DNA of 64,000 nucleotides from an uncultured Oleiharenicola sp. (GTDB lineage: Bacteria > Verrucomicrobiota > Verrucomicrobiia > Opitutales > Opitutaceae): the NCBI GenBank assembly GCA_964423065.1, contig CAYRDN010000001.1:188619-252618 (forward strand), given 5' to 3'. Made by a program: the position numbers and the translations under genes. Of the stretch, positions 62,976 to 64,000 are shown piece after piece (positions within the stretch are counted from its first letter, which is position 1; each line of letters begins with the position of its first letter). Under the pieces are notes generated by a model. It did no database searches. It was given only the letters and a program-made list of their open reading frames with translations, and was not told the origin of the DNA.

Positions 62976-64000
62976 TCAGTACTTGTAGGAAGCACTGAGA
63001 CGCACATACAGCGGATTCTGGTAAACCGTCGTCGCGTTGTACGCCGGGTTCACAACCCCCGAGCCGCCGCTTTCCGCATAAACGTAGGTCTCCATGACGG
63101 TATGATTGTTGAAGACGTTGAACACGTCCAAACCGAAGACCAATTTCTTCTTGCCCCATTTCGGGGTGTAGTGCGTGGACAGGTCCAACTGCCACATCTG
63201 CGGCTGCTCGCCGAGCGAACCGCGCGGGACCACCACGCCATTCACGTAGAAGAAGGCCGCGCCGTAGGAGGACAGGTTGGCGTCGGGACCGGGCCAATAG
63301 CCGATCGCGATCTTCGGGGCCCCGCTCTGGAGGAGGAAGTTGGCGGCCACCTGCCACTCATCGCTGAGCGAGTAGGCGCCGAACAGCTTGAACCGATGGC
63401 GGCGGTCGTTGGACAGATTGCCATAGCGGCCATTCATGATCTGCGGCCAGTCGAACAGTTCCGTGATCCCGGCGTCGGTCTGCGCGATGTCGGAGAGGAC
63501 GGAGCCTTCATCATTGCCGTAGCTGTGCGACCAGGTGTAGGAGCCTTGCAGCCACCAATTGTCGCGGTTGATCTTTTCCCAGAAAAATTCGGCGGCATAA
63601 TATTTGCGGGTCGCCAACGGGTAGTTCTGACCAGCATAGCCCTGCTGGCTGGGCGAGAGGGTGTATTGTTTGAGCGTGCCGGTACCATACGGATCACCCC
63701 AGATGACCATCGTCCGACCGGGGTTGGTGAGCACGTCAACCAAGGTGCTGTCGTCGCCGGGAACGAGGTCAACGTCCACGTCCTCGATGAAGTGGGTCAT
63801 CTCGCGGTAGATGCCGCGAACCCCGACCGTCCAATCCTTGTTTACAGCCTTCTGGTAGCCGATGATGTATTCATCCTGGTACATTGGCTTGAGGTCCTGG
63901 TTCACGATGGTTTTCGGATCATGCACCGTGCCGTCCTCACCCGGGAGCACATAGTGGGCGCCCAGCTGGGCTCCGACCGTCGGGAGTTTCGTGACCGGAT
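62976..64000 (-). CDS. TonB-dependent receptor (Oar-like), C-terminal part; 5' end lies beyond the window
   Basis: 'LKPMYQDEYIIGYQ', 'GSYTWS', 'DRRHRFK', 'DVFNVFN', C-terminal 'YVRLSASYKY'. Confidence 0.88.
   Translation of the reverse strand, partial: PVTKLPTVGAQLGAHYVLPGEDGTVHDPKTIVNQDLKPMYQDEYIIGYQKAVNKDWTVGVRGIYREMTHFIEDVDVDLVPGDDSTLVDVLTNPGRTMVIWGDPYGTGTLKQYTLSPSQQGYAGQNYPLATRKYYAAEFFWEKINRDNWWLQGSYTWSHSYGNDEGSVLSDIAQTDAGITELFDWPQIMNGRYGNLSNDRRHRFKLFGAYSLSDEWQVAANFLLQSGAPKIAIGYWPGPDANLSSYGAAFFYVNGVVVPRGSLGEQPQMWQLDLSTHYTPKWGKKKLVFGLDVFNVFNNHTVMETYVYAESGGSGVVNPAYNATTVYQNPLYVRLSASYKY

Overview
High-GC (visually ~70%) bacterial chromosomal segment. Gene content and style suggest Opitutaceae (Verrucomicrobiota); this is an inference. 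Most of the window is housekeeping: punA, gpsA-lysA, sdhCAB, carB-purU, pilC, rsmE/rsmD, an MCE (mlaEFD) operon, an arginine cluster (argC-argJ-[hss-odc]-argB-argD-argF, plus argG), rplM-rpsI, cca-tal, tRNA-Pro(TGG) and tRNA-Gly(TCC). The standout locus lies immediately after tRNA-Gly (25183-31022). It holds a compact 299-aa stand-alone YcaO-family enzyme, preceded by an easily missed 63-aa peptide with a Cys-rich C-terminus (DGCEPCIMPCQF). These two genes are transcribed divergently from a large extracytoplasmic-sensor hybrid histidine kinase (HisKA-HATPase-REC-HPt), which converges on a NarL/LuxR response regulator. I interpret this as a candidate RiPP-based peptide signalling (quorum-sensing-like) module. 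Other points of interest: an orphan OppA-like protein coupled to a LytS/LytTR pair upstream of a TonB-dependent receptor; an aromatic-Pro repeat protein leading the MCE operon; a catalytically degenerate NtrC-like regulator; polyamine genes inserted in the arg operon; a decayed amidohydrolase gene; and several REP-like palindromes. All calls are by eye from motifs, with no database searches. Many long ORFs in the supplied track are GC-rich shadow frames.
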